Shown here piece after piece: positions 1 to 9,019 of a stretch of DNA of 64,000 nt (positions are counted from its first letter, which is position 1; each line of letters starts with the position of its first letter). The position numbers and the translations under genes are program-made. Below the pieces are notes generated by a model. The model was not told where the DNA came from and did not search any database. It saw nothing but the letters and a program-made list of their open reading frames with translations. Source of the stretch: Verrucomicrobiales bacterium (GTDB lineage: Bacteria > Verrucomicrobiota > Verrucomicrobiia > Limisphaerales > UBA11358); the NCBI GenBank assembly GCA_028712475.1, contig JAQTQB010000012.1, positions 8,029 to 72,028 on the forward strand, in the 5' to 3' direction.

Positions 1-1
1 C

Positions 2-2401
2 TTTGAATTTTTCGGGCCGATCCCGACGTTTCTGCTTATGTCGCTGATCACGACCACCGCATTCCTGCTTGCAGCGCGGCTCAACGCGCTTGTCGTCGCC
101 ATCCTTGGCATGTTGGGCGGCTTCCTCACGCCGGTTTTGCTCTCGACCGGCCAGGACAACCCGCCCGGGCTCTTTGGCTACATCGCCATCCTCGACGCCG
201 GGCTGATCATCGTCGCGCTGAACAAGCGCTGGCATTTCCTCATCGCGCTCGCCGCGCTGGGCACGGCCATCATGCAGATCGGCTGGGCGGATAAATTCTT
301 TGAAAGTGAAAAATACTTTGAGGGTAATAAAATCCTCATCGCCCTCGCGGTGCTGCTGGGTTTCAACATGCTTTGGCTCGCGGCCAACTGGTTCGCCCGG
401 CGCCGCGCCCAGACAAACTGGTGGCTCACCGGCAGCAATCTCGCCCTCGCCGCCGTCGCGCTGGCGTTCACCGTGTTTTTCTTCTCGTTTCCTCCGCTGG
501 CGCAACGCCCCGTGCTGCTGTTCAGTTTTGTGTTCCTGATTGACCTTGTTGTCGCCGTGATTGCGTGGCTCGATGAAAAGACTTCTGCCGCCCAGCCGAT
601 CGCAGGGCTTGCAATCTTCGGCCTGCTTGCGCTGTGGACAACCCGGCATCTGACCGGCGAACTGCTCAACCCGGCGCTCGCGTTCTACTTCATCTTCGCC
701 GTGTTCCATTCTGCGCTGCCAGCGTTCCTGCAACGTCGCCGTGGCGTGACGGCGGGCGTATCCGCGCAGCTCAATCATTTATTCCCGCCGCTGGCGCTGC
801 TGCTTGTTCTCATGCCGATCTTCAACCTGGCGGAACTCTCATTTCTTGTCTGGCCGTTCGTGCTGCTCGTGGATCTGCTCGCCATCGCGCTGGCCGTGCT
901 TACGCGTGCGCTGCTGCCCGTGCTGGTCGTGCTGCTGCTCACGCTTGCGGCGACGGGCGCGCTCATCTTCAAAATTCCATCCGACCTCACCGGCCTGCCG
1001 GCTTCGTTCTTCCTGCTCGGCGCGTTCGCGGTCTTCTTCGTCGTCGCCAGCGTGTGGCTTGTGCGGAAATTCAAGCCGGACGTTTTTAAATCCGGCCTCA
1101 AGGCTACCGGCGACATCAACACGCCCGAATCAATGGCGGCCTTGCTGCCCGCAAGCTCCGTCGTGCTGCCGTTCCTGTTGATCATCATGGCCACGCTGCG
1201 GCTGCCGCTGGGCGACCCGACGCCGGTGTTCGGCCTCGCGCTGCTGCTCGTCGTGCTGCTGCTCGGCCTGACGCGAATCTTTTCGTTCGAGTGGATGCCG
1301 CTGGTCGGACTCATCAGCACCTTTGCGGTCGAATGTGCGTGGCACTTCAACCGGTTCGACGTGGCCAATCCAAACGTCCCGCCAACCACGCCGCTGACGT
1401 GGTATCTGGTTTTCTTCGCCGCGTTCACGGTGTTTCCGTTTCTGTTCCTGAAAAAATTCGCGGACAAGACGTTTCCGTGGGCCGCTGCCGCGCTGGCCGG
1501 GCCGGCGCAATTCCTCCTCATCTTCCGGCTCGTGAAAGTCGCGTGGCCTAATTCCGTCATGGGACTTCTGCCCGCCGCGTTTGCGGTTCCCGCGTTGTTG
1601 AGCCTCGTCGCGATTTTGAAAGCCGTTTCCGCCGAGACCAAATCGCGCATGGCGCAGCTTGCGTGGTTCGGCGGCGTGGCGCTGTTTTTCATCACGCTGA
1701 TTTTCCCGGTCCAGTTCGACCGGCAGTGGATCACCATCGGCTGGGCGCTCGAAGGCGCGGCGCTGCTGTGGCTGTTTCACCGCGTGCCGCATCCGGGTCT
1801 GCGGCTAACGGGCGTGGGACTGCTTGTTGCGGCGTTCGGGCGGCTAGCGCTCAATCCCGCCGTGCTCGAATACCATCAGCGCAGCGTCACGCCGGTTTTC
1901 AACTGGTATCTTTACACCTACGGCATTGCGACCGTTTGTCTGTTTGCCGGAACAAGACTGCTTGCGCCGCCACGGAACATGGTTTTGAAATCGAACTGTC
2001 AGGCCGTTCTGGCATCGCTCGGCACGGTGCTGGCGTTCCTGCTGATGAACATTGAGATCGCCGACTACTTCAGCGCGCCCGGATCAACGCTCACGTTCCA
2101 GTTCAGCGGCAGCTTCGCCCGCGACATGACGTATTCTATCGCGTGGGGACTGTTCGCACTGGTGCTGCTCGTCTATGGCATCCTTAAAAAAATTCCCGCC
2201 GCGCGCTATGCCGCGATGGCGCTGCTCTGCGTGACATTGCTGAAACTGTTTTTCCACGACCTGGCACAATTGGGAGGGCTTTATCGCGCCGGCGCGTTCG
2301 TCGTTGTGGCGAGCATTGCCTGGGGTGCGGCCTTCGCGTATCAAAAGTTTTTCACCGCCAGCAACAAAGCGAAGGAGGCAAACATTGAAAATGAGAAATG
2401 A
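2..2401 (+). CDS. polytopic membrane protein, DUF2339-like; 5' end probably outside the window
   Basis: The 787-aa ORF is almost entirely hydrophobic helices. The frame is open from base 2 to the first ATG at 38, so the true start is likely upstream. The family name is recalled from architecture plus the DUF3999-like neighbour and was not searched. Confidence 0.6.
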   Translation, partial: FEFFGPIPTFLLMSLITTTAFLLAARLNALVVAILGMLGGFLTPVLLSTGQDNPPGLFGYIAILDAGLIIVALNKRWHFLIALAALGTAIMQIGWADKFFESEKYFEGNKILIALAVLLGFNMLWLAANWFARRRAQTNWWLTGSNLALAAVALAFTVFFFSFPPLAQRPVLLFSFVFLIDLVVAVIAWLDEKTSAAQPIAGLAIFGLLALWTTRHLTGELLNPALAFYFIFAVFHSALPAFLQRRRGVTAGVSAQLNHLFPPLALLLVLMPIFNLAELSFLVWPFVLLVDLLAIALAVLTRALLPVLVVLLLTLAATGALIFKIPSDLTGLPASFFLLGAFAVFFVVASVWLVRKFKPDVFKSGLKATGDINTPESMAALLPASSVVLPFLLIIMATLRLPLGDPTPVFGLALLLVVLLLGLTRIFSFEWMPLVGLISTFAVECAWHFNRFDVANPNVPPTTPLTWYLVFFAAFTVFPFLFLKKFADKTFPWAAAALAGPAQFLLIFRLVKVAWPNSVMGLLPAAFAVPALLSLVAILKAVSAETKSRMAQLAWFGGVALFFITLIFPVQFDRQWITIGWALEGAALLWLFHRVPHPGLRLTGVGLLVAAFGRLALNPAVLEYHQRSVTPVFNWYLYTYGIATVCLFAGTRLLAPPRNMVLKSNCQAVLASLGTVLAFLLMNIEIADYFSAPGSTLTFQFSGSFARDMTYSIAWGLFALVLLVYGILKKIPAARYAAMALLCVTLLKLFFHDLAQLGGLYRAGAFVVVASIAWGAAFAYQKFFTASNKAKEANIENEK

Positions 2402-4616
2402 AATGAATTCGGAAGCGGCTTTGAAGAAGCCGGTCTGTCGCTTGTCGCAAATCACGTTCCCCCTTACCCCGGCCCTCCCCCTCGGGGAGAGGGGGCGGCG
2501 GGCGGACGCCTTCAGTTTTTTTAACAGCCGTCCGGTAAATCGAGCCGCAGTTTTTTCTCCGCGACGGGATGCAATTCTCCCTCTCCTCCGGGGAGAGGGC
2601 CGGGGTGAGGGGAAAAGGAGATCCCACATTTCGAGCCGCGTCGCCGCTCTGATCAGCTTGGTTTTTCTTTCCGCATTTTCCCTCCGTGCCGCCGCGCTGC
2701 CAGTCGAATGGCAGCACACGCAGCAATTTGACGTCGCCACACCTGGCCTCGTAAAGATCAGCCTGCCGGTCGAAACACTCGATGCCGCCCGGCCTGCGCT
2801 CGAAGACTTGCGGCTCTACGACAGCGCCGGCAATGAAGCGCCGTTTCTTATCACGCGGCCGGTTCCATCTGGAAAAATTATCCAAAGCGCGAAGTTATTT
2901 CAGGCTTCGCTCAACGCTGCGGCCACCGTCATCACGCTCGAAACCGGGCTGGCGCAGCCGCTCGATGGCGTCACGCTCGAAACCCCGTCGCAAAATTTCA
3001 TCAAGGCGGTGCGCGTCGAGAGTTCTGCGGACGGCAAAACCTGGCACATGCTCGTTCAAGGCCGGCCGGTTTTCCGCCAGCCCTATGGCGCGAATCAATT
3101 GCACGTCTCCTTTCCGCCGGGTGTTGCAAAATGGCTGCGGCTGACCGTGGACGACCAGCGTTCGCCACCAGTTCCCTTCACCGGCGCACGCGTTCATGCG
3201 GCGGCGGGCGAACCTGTGCCGGCTGAATGGTTGCCGGCGGCGATCACCGAGCGCGTTGAAAATCCCGGCGAAACCCGGCTTGCGCTGAACCTGGGCGCGG
3301 CCAATCTGGACATTGCGGCGGTGCAAGTTGAAACCGACGAACCGCTCTTCACGCGCACCGTCACGCTTGCCATGCCGCAAATCATGGAGAACGGAGTTGT
3401 TGAGAATGCAATTGGCCGCGGCGTGATTTATCGCGTGGCCATCGAGGGCCAGCCAGCATCGGCCAGTCTTTCCGTGCCGCTGGAAACGCAGGTCCGTTCG
3501 CGTGAACTGGTGCTGACCATCAATAACGGCGACAGTCCGCCGCTGCCCGTTCCCACCGTGCGCGTCGAGCGGCGTCCGGTTTATCTCGTGTTCCTTGCGC
3601 GGGCGGCGGGAACTTATCATCTGCTCACCGGCAACAGGCTTTGTGCCGCGCCGCGTTACGATCTGGCGGCGTTGGGCGCGGATTTGAAAAACGCCATCGC
3701 GACGCCGGTGAAAATTTCCGCGCCCGTAAACAATCCGGATTACCGCGCACCCGAAGCGCTGGCCGGGCTTGAAGTGGCGGGCGCGGCACTGGACATTTTC
3801 GCATGGAAATATCGCAAGCCGATGTTGAAGATTTCCAACGGCGGCGCGCAGCAATTGGAACTCGGCCTCGACGTGCTCGCGCACGCGGACGCGGGCTTCG
3901 CGGATTTGCGCGTGATGCGCGGCAGCAATCAAGTGCCATATCTCGTGCAACGCACGTCCATCAGCCGCGCGCTGAAGCTGACGGCGCTTCCGATCAGCGA
4001 CCCGAAAAATCCAAAGTTGAGTCGCTGGCTTATCCAACTGCCGGAATCCAATTTGCCGCTCACGCGATTGACTTGCACAACGATCACGCCACTGTTTCGG
4101 CGCACGCTGTTACTTTTTGAACAAGTGACTGACGAACGCGGCAGCACTTATCGCCATTCGCTCGGCAACGCCGATTGGACGCAAATGCCGGAACGCAAGG
4201 GGAATGAATTTTCAATGTCGTTCACCGGCCCGACGCAAAGCCATTTGTTGATTCTCGAAACGGAGAACGGCGACAATCCGCCGATTGCACTGAAAGATTT
4301 CACGGCGTTTTATCCGGCGACGCGCGTGTTGTTCAAGGCGAAGACCGGTGACGTGCTGTTTCTTTACTACGGCAATCCACGCGTGCCGCCGCCGAGTTAT
4401 GACTTGAGCCTCGTCGCCGGCGAATTGCTCGCCGCCGACAAAATGACGCCGACGATTTTTCCCGAAGAGCAGTTGAAAAAATCGTCGTGGGCGGAAAGCC
4501 AGGCGCCGGGCAGCGGCGGCATTGTGTTCTGGGGAATTCTCGCCGTGGTCGTGGTCGGATTGCTGGTCGTCATCATGCGGCTGCTGCCGAAAGCGCAGAC
4601 GCCGCCGGCGGCGTAG
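2391..4616 (+). CDS. secreted/anchored beta-rich protein, DUF3999-like; start uncertain
   Basis: Signal-like stretch RVAALISLVFLSAFSLRAAALP, a long beta-rich body and a single C-terminal TM IVFWGILAVVVVGLLVVIMRLL. It directly follows the DUF2339-like gene. The first ATG (2391) would translate the repeat element at 2458-2612. AAGGAG at 2615-2620 precedes in-frame ATT 2628, CTG 2649 and TTG 2658. Confidence 0.55.
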   Translation: MRNEMNSEAALKKPVCRLSQITFPLTPALPLGERGRRADAFSFFNSRPVNRAAVFSPRRDAILPLLRGEGRGEGKRRSHISSRVAALISLVFLSAFSLRAAALPVEWQHTQQFDVATPGLVKISLPVETLDAARPALEDLRLYDSAGNEAPFLITRPVPSGKIIQSAKLFQASLNAAATVITLETGLAQPLDGVTLETPSQNFIKAVRVESSADGKTWHMLVQGRPVFRQPYGANQLHVSFPPGVAKWLRLTVDDQRSPPVPFTGARVHAAAGEPVPAEWLPAAITERVENPGETRLALNLGAANLDIAAVQVETDEPLFTRTVTLAMPQIMENGVVENAIGRGVIYRVAIEGQPASASLSVPLETQVRSRELVLTINNGDSPPLPVPTVRVERRPVYLVFLARAAGTYHLLTGNRLCAAPRYDLAALGADLKNAIATPVKISAPVNNPDYRAPEALAGLEVAGAALDIFAWKYRKPMLKISNGGAQQLELGLDVLAHADAGFADLRVMRGSNQVPYLVQRTSISRALKLTALPISDPKNPKLSRWLIQLPESNLPLTRLTCTTITPLFRRTLLLFEQVTDERGSTYRHSLGNADWTQMPERKGNEFSMSFTGPTQSHLLILETENGDNPPIALKDFTAFYPATRVLFKAKTGDVLFLYYGNPRVPPPSYDLSLVAGELLAADKMTPTIFPEEQLKKSSWAESQAPGSGGIVFWGILAVVVVGLLVVIMRLLPKAQTPPAA
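2458..2612. repeat. composite ~155-nt element with GC-rich terminal inverted repeats (GEGRGEG-type)
   Basis: The left end ccccttaccccggccctc is nearly the reverse complement of the right end gagggccggggtgagggg. Each end also carries an inner ctcccc/ggggagag palindrome. A homologous copy in opposite orientation lies at 61918-62072. Confidence 0.7.
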
Positions 4617-4700
4617 GGCTGGGGCAGCCACCGGCGGGCGGCAGGCTGATTTCCATCTGGCCGGACTTTACAACCGGGCAAAATCCGCCAAGCTGGCCGC

Positions 4701-5876
4701 ATGAAAAAGAGCCTGATTGCCCTCATCGTTCTTTGCCTCGGTTTTTCATTGTTGACCGCGCACGCGGCAATTTCCACCACCACCGCACCAGCCGATAAAA
4801 ATTCGCCCGGCAAGGAAATGGCCCAGACCCTTTCCATGATAACCGGCGTGGCGATTTCACCGCTCATGGGCGTTGGCGTGGTCGGGGCGTGGGAATATTT
4901 TCAAGCCAAGACGCCCGAGCAGAAAGCCAGGCTCCATTGGTTTGCCAATCCGTGGTTCTGGATTCCCGCGCTGCTGCTCGTCACGGCGTGTTTCGTGAAA
5001 GATTCCGCCGGCGTCGTTTTGCCGCCGGTTTTGAAAAAACCCTTCGACGTGGCCGAAACCATCGAACACAAAATCAGCGGCCTCGTGGCCACCGGCGCGT
5101 TTGTGCCGATTGCCGCCTCGATTTTTCACGCCAGCGGCAGCGGCGATGGCGCGTTGTGGAGCGCCGCCGGTTTTGCGGCCATTGATCTCTCATGGCTTTA
5201 CAACGCACTGATGGTTCCGATTGCGATGGCGGCATTTTTCATCGTGTTCCTCGCGTCCAACGCCATCAACATCCTCATCCTCATCAGCCCGTTCGGCGTG
5301 CTGGATGCCGCCCTCAAGGCGTTCCGCACGTCCATCATCGCCAGCGTCGCCGTCACCTCGTTCGCCAACCCGTGGATCGGCGCGGCGTGGGCTCTCATCA
5401 TCATCCTGGTTTCCTGGCTCATCGCAGGCTGGTCGTTCCGGCTCTCGCATTTTGGACTCTCATTCATCTGGGATTTTGTCACGCTCCGTTCCAACCGCTT
5501 CAAACCGGACCCGACCGCGAACAAGATGTTTCTTGGCCGGAAAATAAACGGAGTTCCCGCCCGCACTTACGGCAGATTAAGCCGCGATGAAAAGGGCGGT
5601 CTCGTCCTGAAATATCATCCATGGCTCGTGCTGCCCGGGCGCAGCCTCACGTTGCCCGAGACAAAATACGCCGCCGGCAAAGGGGTTTTCTTCTCGGAAA
5701 TTTTGCAGCTCGACGGTGACAGCGCCAAGATCGCCCTGCTGCTGCCGCCGCGCTACCGTTCGCACGAATACGAGATCGTCGCCATCTACGGCCTCACGGA
5801 TGTGCGCGACACCGGTTTGCTCGCCGTGTGGTCTTGGATTAAAATGATGATGGGCTTCAAAACCAAGACCGCCTGA
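4701..5876 (+). CDS. membrane protein of unknown function (signal peptide plus several TM helices; possibly DUF4126-like N-terminal half)
   Basis: N-terminal MKKSLIALIVLCLGFSLLTAHA, then multiple hydrophobic helices and a soluble C-terminal ~130 aa. No catalytic motif was recognised. Confidence 0.5.
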   Translation: MKKSLIALIVLCLGFSLLTAHAAISTTTAPADKNSPGKEMAQTLSMITGVAISPLMGVGVVGAWEYFQAKTPEQKARLHWFANPWFWIPALLLVTACFVKDSAGVVLPPVLKKPFDVAETIEHKISGLVATGAFVPIAASIFHASGSGDGALWSAAGFAAIDLSWLYNALMVPIAMAAFFIVFLASNAINILILISPFGVLDAALKAFRTSIIASVAVTSFANPWIGAAWALIIILVSWLIAGWSFRLSHFGLSFIWDFVTLRSNRFKPDPTANKMFLGRKINGVPARTYGRLSRDEKGGLVLKYHPWLVLPGRSLTLPETKYAAGKGVFFSEILQLDGDSAKIALLLPPRYRSHEYEIVAIYGLTDVRDTGLLAVWSWIKMMMGFKTKTA

Positions 5877-5877
5877 T

Positions 5878-6420
5878 ATGGGAAGCGTCAACAAACAACT
5901 GGATAAATTTCTCCGCCAAAAGCCGAAGCTCGGCAGGGGCGTTTACATCGCCAAGACCGCGACCGTCATCGGCGACGTGACGCTCGGCGCGCATTCGAGC
6001 GTGTGGTATGGCGCGGTGCTGCGCGGCGACATCAACCGCATCGTCGTCGGCCATCACACGAACATCCAGGACAACTCCGTGCTGCACCTTGCTGATGATT
6101 TTCCGTGCATCGTCGGCAACTGGGTCACCGTCGGCCACGGCGCGATTGTCCACGCCTGCACCGTCGGCGACGAAACGCTCGTCGGCATGGGCGCGGTGAT
6201 TCTGGATGGCGCGGTCATCGGCAGGCAATCGCTCATCGGCGCGCGGGCGCTGGTGACGCAGGGAATGAAGATTCCGCCCGGCTCGCTGGTGCTGGGCGCG
6301 CCGGCGAAAGTGATCCGCAAATTATCCAAGCAAGAACGCGCCGGGTTGAAATGGTGGGCGGAAAAATACGTGGACAACTCGGCGTATTGCCTGAAGCACG
6401 GAATCAACGGGCAGGATTGA
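5878..6420 (+). CDS. gamma-class carbonic anhydrase / hexapeptide-repeat (YrdA/PaaY-like) protein
   Basis: Left-handed beta-helix hexapeptide pattern: VIGDVTLGAHSSVWYGAVLRGDINRIVVGHHTNIQDNSVLH...VGHGAIVHAC. 180 aa. Confidence 0.85.
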   Translation: MGSVNKQLDKFLRQKPKLGRGVYIAKTATVIGDVTLGAHSSVWYGAVLRGDINRIVVGHHTNIQDNSVLHLADDFPCIVGNWVTVGHGAIVHACTVGDETLVGMGAVILDGAVIGRQSLIGARALVTQGMKIPPGSLVLGAPAKVIRKLSKQERAGLKWWAEKYVDNSAYCLKHGINGQD

Positions 6421-6426
6421 GCGGGG

Positions 6427-6511
6427 CAATTTTGTAGGAGACGAGGTGACGAGACTCATTTCAAATCCGGGGCTTCAGTCAGAGCCTCCTCACGTCGGCT
6501 GCTACAATTTT
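6427..6511. repeat. palindromic ~85-nt element, family A (gtaggagacgaggtgacgag...gagcctcctcacgtcggctgctac)
   Basis: The imperfect inverted arms flank a tttcaaatccggggcttcagtca loop. Near-identical copy at 8618-8700, a third copy at 17406-17479 and a half copy at 61868-61905. Confidence 0.8.
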
Positions 6512-7842
6512 CAATAGACCAGCACCAGGACGGCTGCGTCCTGGGCGGATTTAACCACGTCTTCAAACTTCCGATCCGCGCTGACGGGGTCTTTCAGCTT
6601 GCTCGCCACGTCGGGGACGGACTCCAGGAAGCCCAGCAGAAAACTGCTCTTCACCGCGTAGTTCACATTCTCCGGCAACGCCCCGCTCGCGGCCAGCGCC
6701 GCCGCCGCATTCAGCTTGGCCGACACCACGCCCACCACATTGCCATGTTCATCCACCAGCGCGCCGCCCGAATTGCCCGGCTGCACCGGCACGCTGATCT
6801 GGAAATACCGCGCATCATCCGCCGCGCCGGAGAGCGACGCGATTTCGCCCCGCGCAAACTTCGGCGCGAACCCTTGCAGGCCGGTGTTGGGAAAACCCAC
6901 CGTCGCCACCGTGCCGCCCAATTTCACCGACCGGCTAGAAGTGATGGGCAAAGGCGAGAAATTAAGGTTGAATGATGAATTATGAAGGATGAAGTTAGGA
7001 TTTCCGGCCGTCGGCTTTTGCCCCGTTTCATCGTTCATAATTCTCCCTTCATCCTTGCCTGCGGCCCGCCCGTCCGCTTTCAACAAAGCCAGATCATTGG
7101 CCGCATCCACCTTCAACACCTTGGCGTCAATCAAACCGGCGCTCGTGAGCAAACGAACTTTCGTCGCATCCTTGACGACGTGATAATTGGAAATCAAATA
7201 ACCATCGGTCGTGATGAAAAAGCCAGAACCGCTGGCTGTCGGATCTTTTGCTGAAGCAGAAACTTCGAAACCTAATTCTTTATGCGGCTTAAATTCACGA
7301 GCCATCTGTTGTGCTTCTACAATTTGATTCAGCGTCATGTATTGGGCAAGTGTGTCCCTAGCGGCCTTTGCTCTAACACCAACTGGTTGCGATAATTTCT
7401 TTAAATATTCTATTTGTTCTGCAGTGATGTTTGGAAAATTTGTGATTGCATCCCAATTCATTTTGTCAGGAGAGGCGGCGGCGATATTGAACCATTTGTA
7501 GGCTTCGATAAAATCCTGACTTACTCCTTCCCCTTTCATATATTTTTCACCAATTGAGAATTGAGATTCGCTGTCTCCTTGATTCGCCGCGCGGAGATAC
7601 CACCTAGCTGCCTCGTTGGGATCAGGATCAATTCCTGAAATGGTTCCTATATCAAGAAAAAGTGCTAACGCGCGTTGAGAAAGTATTTCCCCATTTTCAG
7701 CACTTTTCCTAAACATTTGAACTTCGTTCTTCTGTTTGTCAGTGTTGTCAACGGTTGTCGGCGAGTTGGTTTGTGACGTAGCAGCCAATCCCAATATCAG
7801 AAACAGAAACAAAAAAACACAAATCAGCCAATTCGCTTTCAT
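6511..7842 (-). CDS. secreted Sel1-repeat / trypsin-like (S1C, HtrA-like protease domain) serine protease fusion
   Basis: Start chosen at the ATG giving signal peptide MKANWLICVFLFLFLILGLAATS. Sel1 signature AARWYLRAANQGDSESQFSIGEKYMKGEGVSQDFIEAYKWFNIAAA. Protease triad contexts NYHVV, DLALLK and GNSGGALVD. Confidence 0.8.
   Translation of the reverse strand: MKANWLICVFLFLFLILGLAATSQTNSPTTVDNTDKQKNEVQMFRKSAENGEILSQRALALFLDIGTISGIDPDPNEAARWYLRAANQGDSESQFSIGEKYMKGEGVSQDFIEAYKWFNIAAASPDKMNWDAITNFPNITAEQIEYLKKLSQPVGVRAKAARDTLAQYMTLNQIVEAQQMAREFKPHKELGFEVSASAKDPTASGSGFFITTDGYLISNYHVVKDATKVRLLTSAGLIDAKVLKVDAANDLALLKADGRAAGKDEGRIMNDETGQKPTAGNPNFILHNSSFNLNFSPLPITSSRSVKLGGTVATVGFPNTGLQGFAPKFARGEIASLSGAADDARYFQISVPVQPGNSGGALVDEHGNVVGVVSAKLNAAAALAASGALPENVNYAVKSSFLLGFLESVPDVASKLKDPVSADRKFEDVVKSAQDAAVLVLVY
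6950..7075. repeat. heptamer-periodic palindromic element lying in frame inside the protease gene
   Basis: gaatgatgaattatgaaggatgaag pairs with the ttcatcgttcataattctcccttcatcc arm. It is translated as ...NPNFILHNSSFNLNFSPL... between the catalytic Asp context and the rest of the protease domain. Confidence 0.6.
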
Positions 7843-7861
7843 GCCCGCAGAATAGTTGGTT

Positions 7862-8323
7862 TCAGTTTGCTGGCAAGCACCCAGAGTCGTCGTCCGTATA
7901 AATACTAGGCACATCTGGATACCACGCATAAGTAGAAGCAGGCTTGCCTCGCGTAAACAGCTTGAATCCGTGTTTTTCATACCAGGCTTCAAGTTTTTCT
8001 TGCTCCATAATGAGTGGTCCATCAGGAAGAGGCTTGTCCGGAGTGTAATACCTCACCTGACATGAAATACGAAAGTGATATTTACGCGAAAGTTCTTTCA
8101 AAAAATTAACGAGTGAATCCGCCGCTCTTCTGCTAGCGCCTGGCACTTTTTCCATTTTTGTAATCTCGATGTCGTCACCGTGCCAATTGATTAACGCAAT
8201 GGCTTGACCAAACTTTCGGAATTGGTCTGTGCCTTGCCATTTACCATTGTCATAAAAATGATCTTTGCAATGAGGTGTTGTATTAACCACCCATTCTTGT
8301 TGTGCCTGTTGAAGCGGAGTCAT
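7862..8323 (-). CDS. hypothetical protein, possibly GNAT-like fold
   Basis: 153-aa ORF, visibly AT-richer, 20 nt upstream of and co-directional with the protease gene. The C-terminal LEAWYEKHGFKL resembles GNAT motif B. Weak call. Confidence 0.4.
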   Translation of the reverse strand: MTPLQQAQQEWVVNTTPHCKDHFYDNGKWQGTDQFRKFGQAIALINWHGDDIEITKMEKVPGASRRAADSLVNFLKELSRKYHFRISCQVRYYTPDKPLPDGPLIMEQEKLEAWYEKHGFKLFTRGKPASTYAWYPDVPSIYTDDDSGCLPAN

Positions 8324-8329
8324 AATGCT

Positions 8330-9019
8330 AAGAATTCAAGCGCCCTTTGTCTGGTTCGTCCAACTCAAACTGCTTTTGGCAGCGGCAGTTTTCCCCCGGC
8401 AGCCGGAGGTCTTTGCGGACGGCCACCGGCGCAGCAACGTTGGTAGGGCGCGTCACTCCGTGCGCGCCGTCGGGCGGCGCTTGACCGGCGAATGTCTCAC
8501 CACGTTCGCGGCGTGCAGAGGACTGCCCGCCCTACCCAGCCAACCCGTCGTCGGTCCGGCCAAAGCGCGTCGCCGTTTGGACATTGCTGTGGCCGGGGAC
8601 GGCCACACTCCGCCGTCAATTTTGTAGGAGACGAGGTGACGAGACTCATTTCAATTCCAGGGCTTCAGTCAGAGCCTCCTTACGTCGGCTCCTACCATTT
8701 CAGGAACGACCGCCTTGATTCGTCCCAACGGGACAACCGGATATTAGCCAGACACGCCGTGTCTGGTTCGCCGTCCCAATGAAATCCGTCCTGGCGGGAC
8801 GGCGGAATCCATCGTCCTTTCAGGACGCGAATGTTTTGTCGCGATCAATCCAGCCACTTCGTAGCTGGCTAATTTCCACCGCGTCGCTCCGCAACGGGCA
8901 ACGCACCTGCCGCCACGGCTGCAATTTTTTATTTTCATTCCCGCCGAAGATGCGGGTTGGTTCACTTTCGCATTTTCTTTCTCCGGTTTTTCTCCCATCT
9001 TCCCTGCCACGAAATTTCT
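8330..9019. repeat. ~700-nt repeat-laden intergenic region
   Basis: Contains the family A copy (8618-8700) and GC-rich palindromic motifs (gtagggcgcgtcactccgtgcgcgcc, ggggacggccacactccgcc, gtcctggcgggacggcgg...cgtcctttcaggacgc). The only ORFs here are translations of repeats. Confidence 0.6.

Noticed and set aside
2304-2390. The upstream extension of the DUF3999-like ORF. The same kind of 5' extension appears in the ORF track for parE (8957), nuoB (45983), nuoJ (53591), ferredoxin (61159), pyrE (37823), ptsN (38679) and the 84-aa ORF (42526, which starts inside tRNA-Gly).
   Set aside because: The extensions overlap upstream genes, RNAs or repeats and lack homology-like sequence. The internal starts give canonical N-termini.
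6511-8022. Full 503-aa version of the protease ORF, starting at 8022.
   Set aside because: The extension overlaps the upstream 153-aa ORF and has no signal peptide. The internal ATG at 7842 gives a textbook signal peptide and a 20-nt gap to the upstream gene.
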